A stretch of 64,000 bases of DNA from Patescibacteria group bacterium (GCA_041662965.1 JBAZRI010000001.1:35680-99679), one strand, 5' to 3'; positions 43,343 to 52,993 are shown, counted from the first letter of the stretch. Notes: generated by a model from the letters alone, not told the origin. Numbers and translations: made by a program.

Positions 43343-44011
43343 ATGACAACAAAAGTACAGCTAAACGCTCAAGCGAGAGGCGAGAGCAACGGCAAGGCTA
43401 AAAAAATCAGAACGGCCGGTTTTATTCCGGCGGTTATTTACGGCTTTGGCAAGGCCAACAAGAGTATCAAAGTTAAAAAGCATGATTTTGAAAAAGTTTT
43501 CGCCGTAGCCGGTGAGTTTAATTTGGTTGATTTATCAATCGACGAGGCCGTGCCGGAGAAAGTTATTATTAAGGATGTTCAGCGCGATAGTTTAACCGAC
43601 GGCGTCATCCATATTGATTTTTACCAGGTTGATATGACCAAAAAAATTACCACCGAGATTCCTTTGAATTTCATCGGTGAAGCTAAAGCGGTTAAAGAAT
43701 TGGGCGGAACTTTGGTAAAAAATATGGACGCGGTGGAAGTTGAATGTTTGCCCGGAGACTTAGTCAGCGGTATTGACGTTGATATTTCCCAATTGGAAGT
43801 TTTCGATCAATTCATCAGACTGCATGATTTAGTTTTGCCTAAGGGCGTAACTTTAGCCCAGGAAACCAACGAAGCCGTGGTCGGCGTGGTAGAGACTAAG
43901 ATTGAAGTGGAAGCCCCCAAGGTTGAAGCCGCGCCGGTTGAAGGCGAGGCAGCCGCTCCGGCCGAAGAGGGCGCCGGCGCCGAAACCAAAGCCGCGCCGG
44001 AAAAAAAGTAA
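43343..44011 (+). CDS. rplY: Ribosomal protein L25/Ctc (bL25)
   Basis: KIRTAGFIPAVIYG...IKDVQRD..T..VIHIDFYQV and an acidic/Ala-rich C-terminal tail. Confidence 0.85.
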   Translation: MTTKVQLNAQARGESNGKAKKIRTAGFIPAVIYGFGKANKSIKVKKHDFEKVFAVAGEFNLVDLSIDEAVPEKVIIKDVQRDSLTDGVIHIDFYQVDMTKKITTEIPLNFIGEAKAVKELGGTLVKNMDAVEVECLPGDLVSGIDVDISQLEVFDQFIRLHDLVLPKGVTLAQETNEAVVGVVETKIEVEAPKVEAAPVEGEAAAPAEEGAGAETKAAPEKK

Positions 44012-44168
44012 ATTTTGCCAACATATTTTTAAAGATAAAAAACAGCCTAAGCCAAGGTTGTTTTTTTATTCGGCGATAATACACGAATTTGCGGTCTAAG
44101 TTAAAATCTGGTATAATTAATATTAAGAATAATTATTTTTAAAATATATTTTCTTCTCGTTTGATATA

Positions 44169-44732
44169 ATGTATCGGCGAGAAAATAAAAGTATGCTTAA
44201 ACAAATATTTAAGAGCGCTAATCGGCTAAATAAAAATAAATCCACCGGGTTTACCCTATTAAATTCGACAAGGTCGGAGCGAAGCAATTTAACCGGGTTT
44301 ACTTTAATTGAACTTCTGGTGGTAATTTCAATTATCGGTTTTATAACAGTATCTTCGGTGGTGGTTTTCAATATCGTGAGGAAAAATTCCCGCGACGCCG
44401 TCAGGGTGGGCAATATTACCACTATCAAGCGCGCTTTAGCCATGTATTTAAACGATAGCGGCGGTTATCCGGCTTCGGTCGGCGAGTGCTTAAGCGCCGG
44501 CGCCGGCGTTGGCGCCATATTAAAAACTTCTAAAGTTTTATTGACCGTGCCGTTAGACCCTTTGCCCCAACTGCAGAGCGCCGCGCCTAACCCTAGCGTC
44601 GCCGGCGATACGGACGGTTTCTGTTATTGGTATGTCAGCAGCAGCCAAAAATTATTTGACTTAAGCTATTTTCTGGAATCTACTTCCAACTCGGGCGCGG
44701 CCGGATCCCATACCATAAATCAATTTCAATAA
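44169..44732 (+). CDS. Type IV pilin / pseudopilin-like protein (start uncertain)
   Basis: Prepilin motif LTG|FTLIELLVVISIIGFI. The leader is unusually long (alternative start ATG at 44193) and contains a duplicated STGFTLL. Confidence 0.7.
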   Translation: MYRRENKSMLKQIFKSANRLNKNKSTGFTLLNSTRSERSNLTGFTLIELLVVISIIGFITVSSVVVFNIVRKNSRDAVRVGNITTIKRALAMYLNDSGGYPASVGECLSAGAGVGAILKTSKVLLTVPLDPLPQLQSAAPNPSVAGDTDGFCYWYVSSSQKLFDLSYFLESTSNSGAAGSHTINQFQ

Positions 44733-44737
44733 ACAAT

Positions 44738-45244
44738 ATGCCGGAAATCAGCGGCGTCACGCGCTATAGGATGCAAAAATTGGTGGCGGTTGTTTTTATT
44801 GGCTGTTTGCTGGCGATATTTTTATCCGGTTTTGACGTGATCAAATCAAAGGTTAGAGATATAAAAAGGCGGGCTGATATTAAAATTTTAATAAAAGCCT
44901 TGGATTTGTATCATGATAAATACGGCCAATATCCTGATTCGGCCGATGATTGGCAAGGCTGGGATATAAGCATTAGCTATAATAAAGGCGAAGAAGATTT
45001 TTTAAGCATTTTGCGGAAAGAAGGCTTAATTGACAGGCCGGTAAGAGATCCGATAAATAATGACCTCTATTATTATCGCTATCAAAATTTTTCAGCCGGG
45101 GAATTCGGCTGCCAGAATTCTTTTTATATTCTGCAAGCGAGCAATTTTGAGCTGCCGACAAACAATAATGGCGCCGGGCAATGTCTGGAATTTAATTGGG
45201 CGCAGTTAATGCCGAACGGCTATACGGCGCAAAATTTTAATTAA
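44738..45244 (+). CDS. Pilin-like protein (non-canonical N-terminus)
   Basis: N-terminal TM helix, then KRRADIKILIKALDLYHDKYGQYPDS, which resembles the pseudopilin alpha1-C / 'G.YP' region. There is no G|FTLxE site. Confidence 0.4.
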   Translation: MPEISGVTRYRMQKLVAVVFIGCLLAIFLSGFDVIKSKVRDIKRRADIKILIKALDLYHDKYGQYPDSADDWQGWDISISYNKGEEDFLSILRKEGLIDRPVRDPINNDLYYYRYQNFSAGEFGCQNSFYILQASNFELPTNNNGAGQCLEFNWAQLMPNGYTAQNFN

Positions 45245-45253
45245 GATATTTTC

Positions 45254-45388
45254 GTCTGGCTTGGTAAAATTATTTTTCCTGCTTAGATAAAATTTGGGCG
45301 TTTTTTACAAAAAATTATTTTAAATAATTTTTGTAAAAAATCGCTACAATTTTATATGCGCGATAAAAATAATTTTACCAAGCCAGAC
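45254..45388. repeat. Long hairpin element, family M1 (copy 2, with a nested AT hairpin)
   Basis: The arms gtctggcttggtaaaattattttt and aaaaataattttaccaagccagac surround the core gcttagataaaatttgggcg[40-nt AT palindrome]tcgctacaattttatatgcgcg. Confidence 0.6.
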
Positions 45389-46254
45389 TAGGCAACTTCA
45401 ATAATTACCAATCTATTAAGGCCAGCTAGGTCTTTTTTTATTTGGCAGTTTGCCCGAGGCAGTTTGCGCTTAATGAGTTGTTTCATTTTGACAGTTTGGC
45501 GCGGGTCGAATTCGCAAAGCGCGTAACCGGCAATCTGCAACGCTTTTATTTGTTTAAATAGTTCTTCGTATAGTTCGAGTCCATTTTTACCAGTATAGAG
45601 CGCGATTTCAGGTTCAAATTTTAGGCCGATAGTATCCGCGGAACTGTTATTTTTCCAGGCTTTCCAGCCGTAGGGCAGGTTGGCGAGAATAATAAACTTT
45701 TGATTACGGATTTTCGTAATCGGTTCAAGCAGGTTGCCATGCAGAAATTTTATATTTTTTGCCCCATGCGCGTAAGCATTTTTTTTGGCTATGGTCAGGG
45801 CTTTAGCCGAGATATCAATGCCGATAAAATTGTTGGCTTTTGATTTTGATATTTTAGCTAAAGTAATAATTACACAACCTGAGCCCGTGCCAACGTCAAT
45901 TAAAGTAGCGTGCTGCTGGTTGTGTTTCAAGATATTTAAAGCTTCGTCAACCATCAGCTCGGTTTCCGGCCTGGGGATCAAGACGTTTTTATTGACAATA
46001 AAATCAAGCCCGTAAAATTCTTTATGTCCAGTTAAATAGGCGACCGGCTCGCCCTTAAGGCGCCTGGCTAGTAATTTTAGATAATTATTTATTTGCTTTT
46101 TTGACAATTTTTTCTCTCCATGCGCCAGTAAGAATTCCCGCGGTTTTTTTAAAATGGCGGATAATAAAATTTCCGCCTCAAGGTGCGGAAGATCGGTTAT
46201 GTCGCTGGCGGTTAGCTTGGCGATGGCGAATTTAAGAGTTTGGGAGATGGTCAT
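45388..46254 (-). CDS. prmC: Release-factor glutamine N5-methyltransferase
   Basis: DVGTGSGCVIITLA (SAM motif), NLPY (an NPPY variant), and synteny immediately downstream of prfA. Confidence 0.85.
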   Translation of the reverse strand: MTISQTLKFAIAKLTASDITDLPHLEAEILLSAILKKPREFLLAHGEKKLSKKQINNYLKLLARRLKGEPVAYLTGHKEFYGLDFIVNKNVLIPRPETELMVDEALNILKHNQQHATLIDVGTGSGCVIITLAKISKSKANNFIGIDISAKALTIAKKNAYAHGAKNIKFLHGNLLEPITKIRNQKFIILANLPYGWKAWKNNSSADTIGLKFEPEIALYTGKNGLELYEELFKQIKALQIAGYALCEFDPRQTVKMKQLIKRKLPRANCQIKKDLAGLNRLVIIEVA

Positions 46255-46262
46255 TTTTTAGA

Positions 46263-46295
46263 AGACATCCGACGTCCTGGAGACGTCGGATGTCT
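46263..46295. repeat. Hairpin repeat, family 'agaYRtccgacgtc'
   Basis: agacatccgacgtcctggagacgtcggatgtct fills the prfA-prmC spacer. Confidence 0.6.
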
Positions 46296-46298
46296 AAA

Positions 46299-47333
46299 TT
46301 ATTTTGTCGCCTTTTTTAACGCTTCTATGATGTCGGCGATATCTCCGTCCATAATCCTCGCCAGCCCGTGCCAATTTTGCTTGATGCGGTGGTCGGTAAA
46401 TCTGTCTTGGGGAAAATTATAAGTTCTGATTTTTTCGCTCCGATCGCCCGAGCCGATTTGCTGTTTTCTTTGGGCGGATTCGCGGGCTTGTTTTTCTTCT
46501 TCCATTTTAGCATAGAGGCGGGAGCGCAGAATCTGCATGGCTTTTTCTTTGTTCTGGTGCTGGGATTTTTCATCTTGGCAGGTCGCTACCAGGCCGGTTG
46601 GCAGATGGGTTATTCTAATGGCCGAATAGGTCGTATTAACGCTTTGCCCGCCGGGTCCGGAAGAGCAGTAAGTATCAATTTTTATGTCTTGGGGCTTTAT
46701 TTCCACGTCCATTTCCTCGGCTTCGGGCATAACCGCGACCGTGACGGCGCTGGTATGCACTCGTCCGGCTTTTTCGGTTTCCGGCACTCTTTGCACGCGG
46801 TGGGTACCGGCTTCGTATTTTAAGTCTCCGTAGACATTTTTACCCTCAACGGAAAATATGACTTCTTTATAGCCGCCGATGCCGATGCGGCTGGCGTATA
46901 AAATTTTTAACTTCCAATTTTGTTTTTCCGCGTAATGGGCGTAAAGCCTAAAAAGTTCGGCTGCGAATAAAGCCGATTCATCGCCGCCGGTGCCGGCCCG
47001 GATTTCCATAATAATATTTTTTTTATCGTTCGGGTCGGCCGGGTTGAGCTCGGTTTTAATTTCGTTGGTTAATTTTTCAATTTGTTGTTTTAGCTCGGCG
47101 ATTTCATCTTTAGTGATTTTTAATAATTCCTGGTCGGATTCGCTTTTAATCATCTCTTCGCTTTGACTTAGCTCGGTTTGCTTTTTATTCAATTCTAAAA
47201 TCAACCCGACCGCGTATTTTAAGTCGTTATGCTGTTTGGAAATTTCCCTTAATTTTTTAGGGTCGCTTAAGACGCTTTGATCCGCAAGCTTGATTTCCAA
47301 ATCGTTAAATTTTTTGATTATATCTTCGTGCAT
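46299..47333 (-). CDS. prfA: Peptide chain release factor 1
   Basis: GPGGQSVN and the RF1-type tripeptide region [18 protein letters not shown]. Confidence 0.9.
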   Translation of the reverse strand: MHEDIIKKFNDLEIKLADQSVLSDPKKLREISKQHNDLKYAVGLILELNKKQTELSQSEEMIKSESDQELLKITKDEIAELKQQIEKLTNEIKTELNPADPNDKKNIIMEIRAGTGGDESALFAAELFRLYAHYAEKQNWKLKILYASRIGIGGYKEVIFSVEGKNVYGDLKYEAGTHRVQRVPETEKAGRVHTSAVTVAVMPEAEEMDVEIKPQDIKIDTYCSSGPGGQSVNTTYSAIRITHLPTGLVATCQDEKSQHQNKEKAMQILRSRLYAKMEEEKQARESAQRKQQIGSGDRSEKIRTYNFPQDRFTDHRIKQNWHGLARIMDGDIADIIEALKKATK

Positions 47334-47431
47334 AGTTTATCTATTAGGCAAATACTCATTTGAATATTTTATTATACTCGCTTTAAATTTTTCCATTCGT
47401 GACGCTCCGCTAGGGGTTACTTTCTTACCGC

Positions 47432-47463
47432 GCCCGCAACGCTTCGCTTGCGAGGCGGGCGGG
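47432..47463. repeat. 32-nt GC-rich hairpin repeat (copy 2, inverted)
   Basis: gcccgcaacgcttcgcttgcgaggcgggcggg is nested inside the hairpin ggttactttctta.../...taagaaagtaacc. Confidence 0.85.
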
Positions 47464-47483
47464 TAATTAAGAAAGTAACCAAA

Positions 47484-47504
47484 CCTGCCTGCCGGCAGGC
47501 AGGG
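47484..47504. repeat. Palindrome of family 'cctgcct(a/g)ccg(g/t)(t/c)aggcagg'
   Basis: cctgcctgccggcaggcaggg. Other copies lie at 4654..4675, 47674..47693 and 48764..48782. Confidence 0.8.
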
Positions 47505-47718
47505 AACTTTTGGGGTGCCTCAATTGGCTATCACGCCAATTAATCTTCCTACTGTAAGCCTTGGCGCCAATTCGTCACCCCAAACCCCGGGGTGATTTTA
47601 ACTTGATTTTAAATAATAGTAATAACAAAAACGGTTATTCCCTTAATTATGCCATAATTATATTATAGCACAACCTGCCTGCCGTCAGGCAGGCAAAAAG
47701 AATAACCGTTTAGAGTAG

Positions 47719-48003
47719 CTATTTTTTCTCGGTTTTTCGGGCCGCTTTAGCTTTGGTTTTAGTGGCGCGTTTGGCTCGTTTGCTTTTAGGCGCGGTTTTA
47801 GCTTTGGCCGCGACTTTGGCATGGAATTTTTCCACTCGGCGGGCCGAGTCTAAGAGCTTCTGCTTGCCGGTATAGAACGGATGGCAGGCCGAACAAATTT
47901 CAGTTTTTATCTCCGGCAAAGTTGAACCGGTAACAAAACTATTTCCGCAAGCGCAAGTCATTTTGGCTTTGGGGTAATATTTCGGGTGAATGTCTTTTTT
48001 CAT
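47719..48003 (-). CDS. rpmE: Ribosomal protein L31 with a Lys/Ala-rich C-terminal extension
   Basis: [10 protein letters not shown]...CACGN...[13 protein letters not shown]. Confidence 0.9.
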   Translation of the reverse strand: MKKDIHPKYYPKAKMTCACGNSFVTGSTLPEIKTEICSACHPFYTGKQKLLDSARRVEKFHAKVAAKAKTAPKSKRAKRATKTKAKAARKTEKK

Positions 48004-48224
48004 AAGATTTATAGAATTAAAAACAATCTTTCAGAAGATCGTATTTGCTAAACTATATATTAACATAGAGGTTTATTTTTGGCAAGATCAGCCCGTCAGC
48101 TGTCAAAAAAATTTCAAAAGGGCTCTTTCAATAAGGTAAGTTTATTTTTTAAAACTCAAGGAGACGTCGCATTCTCACTTCGCTAACGCTCCTTCGGGTC
48201 ATTTAACAAGTTGTATCTGGTTTT

Positions 48225-48684
48225 ATAAATAATAAATTTTAGTTATTCTTCTTTATTAAATGATTTTTTTTAAAAAATAAAAAGAGCCCTGTACGATTGA
48301 TGTTTGACGTACGAAGGCTCGTTTGAAAAAACGTTTCATACTACTAACCGGCAAACTCCCTAATCATTTGATCGTTGAGACTGAACTTGTCCCAATCTTC
48401 ACGAGGAATAACCTCAATTATCTGTTTGGGGCATATCGCCTCGTAGCCATGCATTGATTTTCCTTGGATTTTGCCATCACACACTGGAAAAGGAAATGAC
48501 CATCTGCCATGCAGGTAGGCGAAAAAAAGTTTATTCTCGCCGCCATCATTGAGAAGAAAAAAACCGCTCTCAAGTTTACCGAATTCCATTTTGATAAGTG
48601 CCATTTTAATTCCTCCTTCTTTTATATAGACGTTTTTTTAAAAAAGTTCTAAATCAATAAGAATAATTAAAATTTATTATTTAT
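48225..48684. mobile_element. Mini-cassette bounded by 24-bp inverted repeats that carries the 86-aa ORF
   Basis: The reverse complement of ataaataataaattttagttattc (48225-48248) matches gaataattaaaatttattatttat (48661-48684) at 23 of 24 positions. Confidence 0.5.
48344..48604 (-). CDS. Hypothetical 86-aa protein
   Basis: Strong SD (GAAGGAGGAattaaaATG). A downstream terminator (gagccttcgtacg...cgtacagggctc + ttttt, ~48281-48325) follows. No recognised motif. Confidence 0.55.
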   Translation of the reverse strand: MALIKMEFGKLESGFFLLNDGGENKLFFAYLHGRWSFPFPVCDGKIQGKSMHGYEAICPKQIIEVIPREDWDKFSLNDQMIREFAG

Positions 48685-48951
48685 TCCACCAAAATTTAAT
48701 CCCTTAATTAAGCTATGATAGCAAAGATAATAGTTTTTGTCCAGTCTAGGCCTATATGATGTTCTGCCTACCGGTAGGCAGGGTTGACAAAATATTAATA
48801 ATATTATAATCTACTGACATAGCTTTAATCGGCTTCCGCCTTATTCGGCGGATAAAATTTTAATTTATTAAATCTCTCATACTTCCGTAAAAATTTTCCT
48901 TGTTTCGCTTTTAGCGAAATAATTGGGAGTAGAGGCAAACCGCTTCGGCGG

Positions 48952-48982
48952 TACCCGCCTTCGCTAAAGCTACGGGCGGGTA
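48952..48982. repeat. Hairpin repeat, family 'cgcctNcgctaaagct'
   Basis: tacccgccttcgctaaagctacgggcgggta. Related copies lie at 28612..28640 and, inside gap, at 53353..53380. Confidence 0.7.
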
Positions 48983-48999
48983 AAAAAGGAAAAACATCT

Positions 49000-49704
49000 A
49001 TGAAACTACCTTCAATCGAAGAGATGCTTAAGGCCGGAATGCACTTCGGGCATCGCACCTCAAAATGGCACCCTAAAATGGAGCCTTTTATTTTTGGCTC
49101 AAGAAAAGGCGTGCACATCGTTGATTTAAGAAAGACGCAAAAAATGCTGGGCCTAGCTTTAGAGTATCTAAAAAAGCAGGCGGCCGAAGGCAAATCCATC
49201 CTTCTAGTCGGCACTAAAATGCAGGTTAAAAGCATTTTGAAAAAAACCGCCGAAGAAGCCGGCGTGCCTTATGTTTCCGCAAAATGGCTGGGCGGATTTT
49301 TAACCAATTTTCCCATTATCAGAAATTTAATCAGAAAGTTTAAGGATTTATCGGAGAAAAGAGCCGGCGGAAAATTGGATAAATATACTAAAAAAGAACG
49401 GCTGGATTTTGACCGCCAGATCGCCAAGCTAGAAACTAACGTCGGCGGTTTAGTCAGCCTGACTAAGACTCCGGATGTAATTTTTATCTGGGATATTAAG
49501 AAAGAAAAAACCGCTTTTACCGAAGCTGTAAAAAAGAAAATTCCAGTAGTGGCGGTTTGCGACACCAACGTTAATCCCGACGGCGTTAAATATATCATTC
49601 CGGCTAACGACGACGCCTCTAAAGGCATAAAGCTGGTGATGAATTTAGTTAAGGAAGCGATTTTAGAAGGCAAGGCGGAAGCTCAAAATAAAGAAAATAA
49701 ATAA
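49000..49704 (+). CDS. rpsB: Ribosomal protein S2
   Basis: MLKAGMHFGHRTSKWHPKM... and the conserved core; 234 aa. Confidence 0.92.
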   Translation: MKLPSIEEMLKAGMHFGHRTSKWHPKMEPFIFGSRKGVHIVDLRKTQKMLGLALEYLKKQAAEGKSILLVGTKMQVKSILKKTAEEAGVPYVSAKWLGGFLTNFPIIRNLIRKFKDLSEKRAGGKLDKYTKKERLDFDRQIAKLETNVGGLVSLTKTPDVIFIWDIKKEKTAFTEAVKKKIPVVAVCDTNVNPDGVKYIIPANDDASKGIKLVMNLVKEAILEGKAEAQNKENK

Positions 49705-49858
49705 TAAAATTATCTGTCATTGTGAGCGATGCAATTTAATTTGTCATTGCGGGCTTGACCCGCAATCCAGAAACTTGTTTATCGCACTGAATCCTGGATT
49801 CCGGCTCGGGGGCCGGAATGACAGTAAAAAACTCCTCGCAATGACAATATATGTACAT

Positions 49859-50656
49859 ATGGAAAATATAAAAATTTTACGCGATAAAACCGGCGCCGGC
49901 ATGGTTGATTGTAAAATCGCCCTGGATGAATCCGGCGGCGATATTAATAAGGCCGTGGAAATTTTAAGAAAGAAAGGCATCGCCAAGGCGGCGAAAAGAA
50001 GCGATCGCCAAGCCGGCGAAGGCGTGGTTAAAGTTGCTTTAAGCGGCGACGCTAAGACCGGCTACATTTTAGAAATAAACGCTGAAACCGATTTTGTGGT
50101 TAAAAGCGAAAAGTTTCAGGAGTTTGCCGAAAAAATTATGCAGTTGATTAGGGAAAAACAGCCTAAAGATTTAGCCGAGTTAATGGCTTTAGATATTGAC
50201 GGCGCTACGGTTAAAGAAAATTTAGACAGCTTAAGCGGAATTATCGGCGAAAAATTAGACATAAAAAGATATGAGCTGCTTAATGCCATCGGCACGGTAG
50301 CGGCTTATTCGCATTTGGGCGGGAAAATCGGCGTCTTAGCAGCTTTAAATAAAGAAGGCCAAAGCGATATCGCCTACGACCTAGCCATGCAAATCGCGGC
50401 CGCTAATCCGAAATATATTTATCCGGAAGATGTCCCGGCCGATGAAGTTGAAAAAGAAAAAGAAATTTATAAGGCCCAGCTTTTAAAAGAGGGCAAGCCG
50501 GAAAATATGATTGATAAAATCATGCCGGGAAAATTGGCCAAATTCTACGAAGAAGTCTGCCTGGTCAAGCAGGAGTATATTAAAGACGATAAAAAGAAAA
50601 TTGAAGATATCCTCGGGGGCGTCAAGGTGGAGAAATTTATTAGGTATAGTTTATAA
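49859..50656 (+). CDS. tsf: Elongation factor Ts
   Basis: MENIKILRDKTGAGMVDCKIAL (UBA-like N-terminus). The ATG at 49859 is preferred, because the upstream part of the ORF translates repeat sequence. Confidence 0.9.
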   Translation: MENIKILRDKTGAGMVDCKIALDESGGDINKAVEILRKKGIAKAAKRSDRQAGEGVVKVALSGDAKTGYILEINAETDFVVKSEKFQEFAEKIMQLIREKQPKDLAELMALDIDGATVKENLDSLSGIIGEKLDIKRYELLNAIGTVAAYSHLGGKIGVLAALNKEGQSDIAYDLAMQIAAANPKYIYPEDVPADEVEKEKEIYKAQLLKEGKPENMIDKIMPGKLAKFYEEVCLVKQEYIKDDKKKIEDILGGVKVEKFIRYSL

Positions 50657-50706
50657 GCACACATAGATAGCTTCGCGGGCAATTATCCGCTCGCTGTAAT
50701 TTATAT

Positions 50707-51540
50707 ATGAAAGCAATCCAAGTACAATTTTCACCTTGGGATAAAAGATATAATTTTGATCCGGCCGATTTTACCGTAAATATCGGCGATCAAGTTATTG
50801 TTAAGACTGAATTAGGCGTTGAGATCGGCAAAGTAGTCGGCTGCCAAGATTTGCCGGATACAAAAATCAAGGCTAAGGCCGAAGATGGCGCGCCGGCTAT
50901 GGAAATAAAAGAAATTATCAGAATCGCCGGACCGGCTGATTTTAAAAAATTGCCGGACGAAAAGCAGAAAAAGAAAGATTTCGCTTTCTGCAAAAAAATT
51001 ATTGAAAAATACCAGCTGCCCATGAAGTTGGTTGACGTGCACTACTCTTTTGACGACGCCAGAATCACTTTTCCTTTTATCGCCGATTCCAGGATTGATT
51101 TTCGGGAGCTGGTTAAAGATTTAACCAAGCATTTTAGCCGCAGTATAAGATTGCAGCAAATCGGCATCCGCGATGAAGCCAGATTTTGCGGCGACTTCGG
51201 CCATTGCGGCCGCTCGCTATGCTGCGCCCGCTTTTTAGGCGACCTTAATTCCATAACTTCGGAAATGGCCGAGCTCCAGCAATGCGTGCACCGCGGCTCG
51301 GAACGGATTTCCGGCATCTGCGGCCGCTTGATGTGCTGTTTGGCCTATGAAGAAGACGGCTATAAAAAGCTGGCGGAAAAATTGCCGCCGATTGACAGCG
51401 AAGTAAAAGTTGAAGGCCGAAAGGGGCGAGTTTTAGCGCGCTATATTTTAAAGCAGACGGTGAAAGTGCTCTTAAGCGAAGGCAATGGCGAAGCCGGCGG
51501 AGTGGTTGAAGTTGAAGCCGGGAAAATAAAGAAGCTATAA
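50707..51540 (+). CDS. PSP1-domain protein (RicT/YaaT-like)
   Basis: PSP1 C-terminal-type domain and the Cys cluster CGDFGHCGRSLCCARFL...CGRLMCCLAYE. Confidence 0.75.
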   Translation: MKAIQVQFSPWDKRYNFDPADFTVNIGDQVIVKTELGVEIGKVVGCQDLPDTKIKAKAEDGAPAMEIKEIIRIAGPADFKKLPDEKQKKKDFAFCKKIIEKYQLPMKLVDVHYSFDDARITFPFIADSRIDFRELVKDLTKHFSRSIRLQQIGIRDEARFCGDFGHCGRSLCCARFLGDLNSITSEMAELQQCVHRGSERISGICGRLMCCLAYEEDGYKKLAEKLPPIDSEVKVEGRKGRVLARYILKQTVKVLLSEGNGEAGGVVEVEAGKIKKL

Positions 51541-51584
51541 TAATAGTATTGTCCGTTTAATATTATTATGCTATAGTGTGAAAT

Positions 51585-51884
51585 ATGGAAAAAGAAACAT
51601 CAAAAAATGAAATTTTAGAAGCTATTAATGAATTTTCAACTAGAGTTGACGAGAGGTTTGACAGATTGGAAGGAAGGGTCGGCAAAATTGAAGCTACTAT
51701 GGTGACTAAGGATTATCTTGACGATAAGCTCGGGGATTTGCGCGGCGATTTAGTGGTATTGATGCGCAAAGAAGACACCAAGATGATAAAATTAGTGGAA
51801 ATTTTAAAAAGGCGCGCCGTTATTACCGAGGCTGAAGAAAAAGAAATATTGTCCATGGAACCGTTTGCCAAGCTTTATGCTTAA
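51585..51884 (+). CDS. Hypothetical small coiled-coil protein
   Basis: 99 aa, predicted helical. A terminator-like hairpin with a T-run lies at ~51908-51940. Confidence 0.45.
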   Translation: MEKETSKNEILEAINEFSTRVDERFDRLEGRVGKIEATMVTKDYLDDKLGDLRGDLVVLMRKEDTKMIKLVEILKRRAVITEAEEKEILSMEPFAKLYA

Positions 51885-52135
51885 TTTTTAGTTAATCAGA
51901 AATTATAACCCGGCTTGCAAAAGCGGGGTTTTTGTTTTTTTGTCCCCCTTGATAAAGGGGGCTGGGGGTTATTATGTTGTTTTTTTAGTATAAGCAAAAA
52001 TTATTTAAACGGTTGACAAAAATTTAATATCGTGGTAAAAATTAAGGTCAAAATTGTACCTTTAACTGCGAGCCTGATATTTCGGCATGGGGTCGAAATA
52101 AAGGGCAAGCCCAAATTACATAGGAGGATGTCGCC

Positions 52136-52843
52136 ATGAAGAATTTGTCCCCATCCAAAGGTCTTAGCCGAGGCCAAATCGGCAAAATACAGGAGATGAT
52201 AGGACACGGTATTTTAAAGTCAACCGTGTTTCAAGACACCCCGACCGCTGAAGTGGACCGGTTTATCAAAAAAGTCGGTCCGGGTTTAAGGGATGCCTGG
52301 GTGGAACTGCTGGAAAAGCGGTTTCAAGATTTTATCGGCGCAGAACTGCTGGAAAAGCGGTTTCAGGATTTTATCAGCACTTTTCTCATTCCGGTCGATT
52401 ATGATGAACCGGAAGCGATCGCTAAGGCGATTGAAATGAATAAGTTCGACTGGAAATATGTCGGACTATCACCCGCGGAAATTCCGCTTGTCGGCACCGG
52501 CCGGGCTATATGGGATGTGCATGAAGTGCCTTTCGGCCGAATGATGTATAATAGCGACCTGCCGAACGCGCTTAAGCAGAGAGGCGAAGAGCTCGGCTAT
52601 AAAGGCGGATTTAAGTTTGTGGATCCGCTTACCGCCCTGCGTTTCGCTTGGACTAAACCCGATCGGCAGAAGAAACACCAGTTGGCTATATCTTTTATAG
52701 ACAAGGGGGGCCGGTCCTGGAGTCTTTGCCTTAGTGAGAATAACGGCGAGCGCCACCTGTACGTTTACCAGTTCAATCCCGGCGATAGCTGGGATGAGCA
52801 TGTTCGCTTTCTGGCCGTCTGCGAGTTGCCCTCGGTCGCTTAG
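52136..52843 (+). CDS. Hypothetical protein (orphan, SD-bearing, contains a 39-bp tandem duplication)
   Basis: Has an SD (AGGAGGatgtcgccATG). Its own promoter is TTGACA-17-TAAAAA at ~52015-52043. A terminator lies at 52886..52915 (cccgcggaa...ttccgcggg + T-run). Confidence 0.55.
   Translation: MKNLSPSKGLSRGQIGKIQEMIGHGILKSTVFQDTPTAEVDRFIKKVGPGLRDAWVELLEKRFQDFIGAELLEKRFQDFISTFLIPVDYDEPEAIAKAIEMNKFDWKYVGLSPAEIPLVGTGRAIWDVHEVPFGRMMYNSDLPNALKQRGEELGYKGGFKFVDPLTALRFAWTKPDRQKKHQLAISFIDKGGRSWSLCLSENNGERHLYVYQFNPGDSWDEHVRFLAVCELPSVA
52304..52381 (+). repeat. Tandem 2 x 39-bp in-frame duplication
   Basis: gaactgctggaaaagcggtttcaagattttatcggcgca is followed by gaactgctggaaaagcggtttcaggattttatcagcact, encoding ELLEKRFQDFIGA / ELLEKRFQDFIST. 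Confidence 0.9.
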
Positions 52844-52993
52844 ATTTTAAGCGTTTTTCGAATTTTTTGCCCTTTAGCATTTTCCCCGCGGAATTTTTAT
52901 TCTTCCGCGGGTTTTTTATTTTTGGGCTGTTTTTTTGTTTTTAAGAATTTATGCTATAATAAATTACATAATTATTTTTTATAAATAAATTAT

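Noticed and set aside
47500-47600. Alternative-pairing ggggtg/cacccc/ggggtg segments between rpmE and prfA as a possible attenuator or ncRNA.
   Set aside because: The region is a mosaic of nested hairpin repeats. The candidate terminator orientation does not match the minus-strand genes, and I see no conserved known motif. It is left as part of the repeat census.
48784-48811. Putative promoter TTGACA...TATAAT upstream of the rpsB leader.
   Set aside because: By my count the spacer is only 15 nt, and the site lies ~190 nt from the start codon within repeat-rich DNA. It is too uncertain to call.
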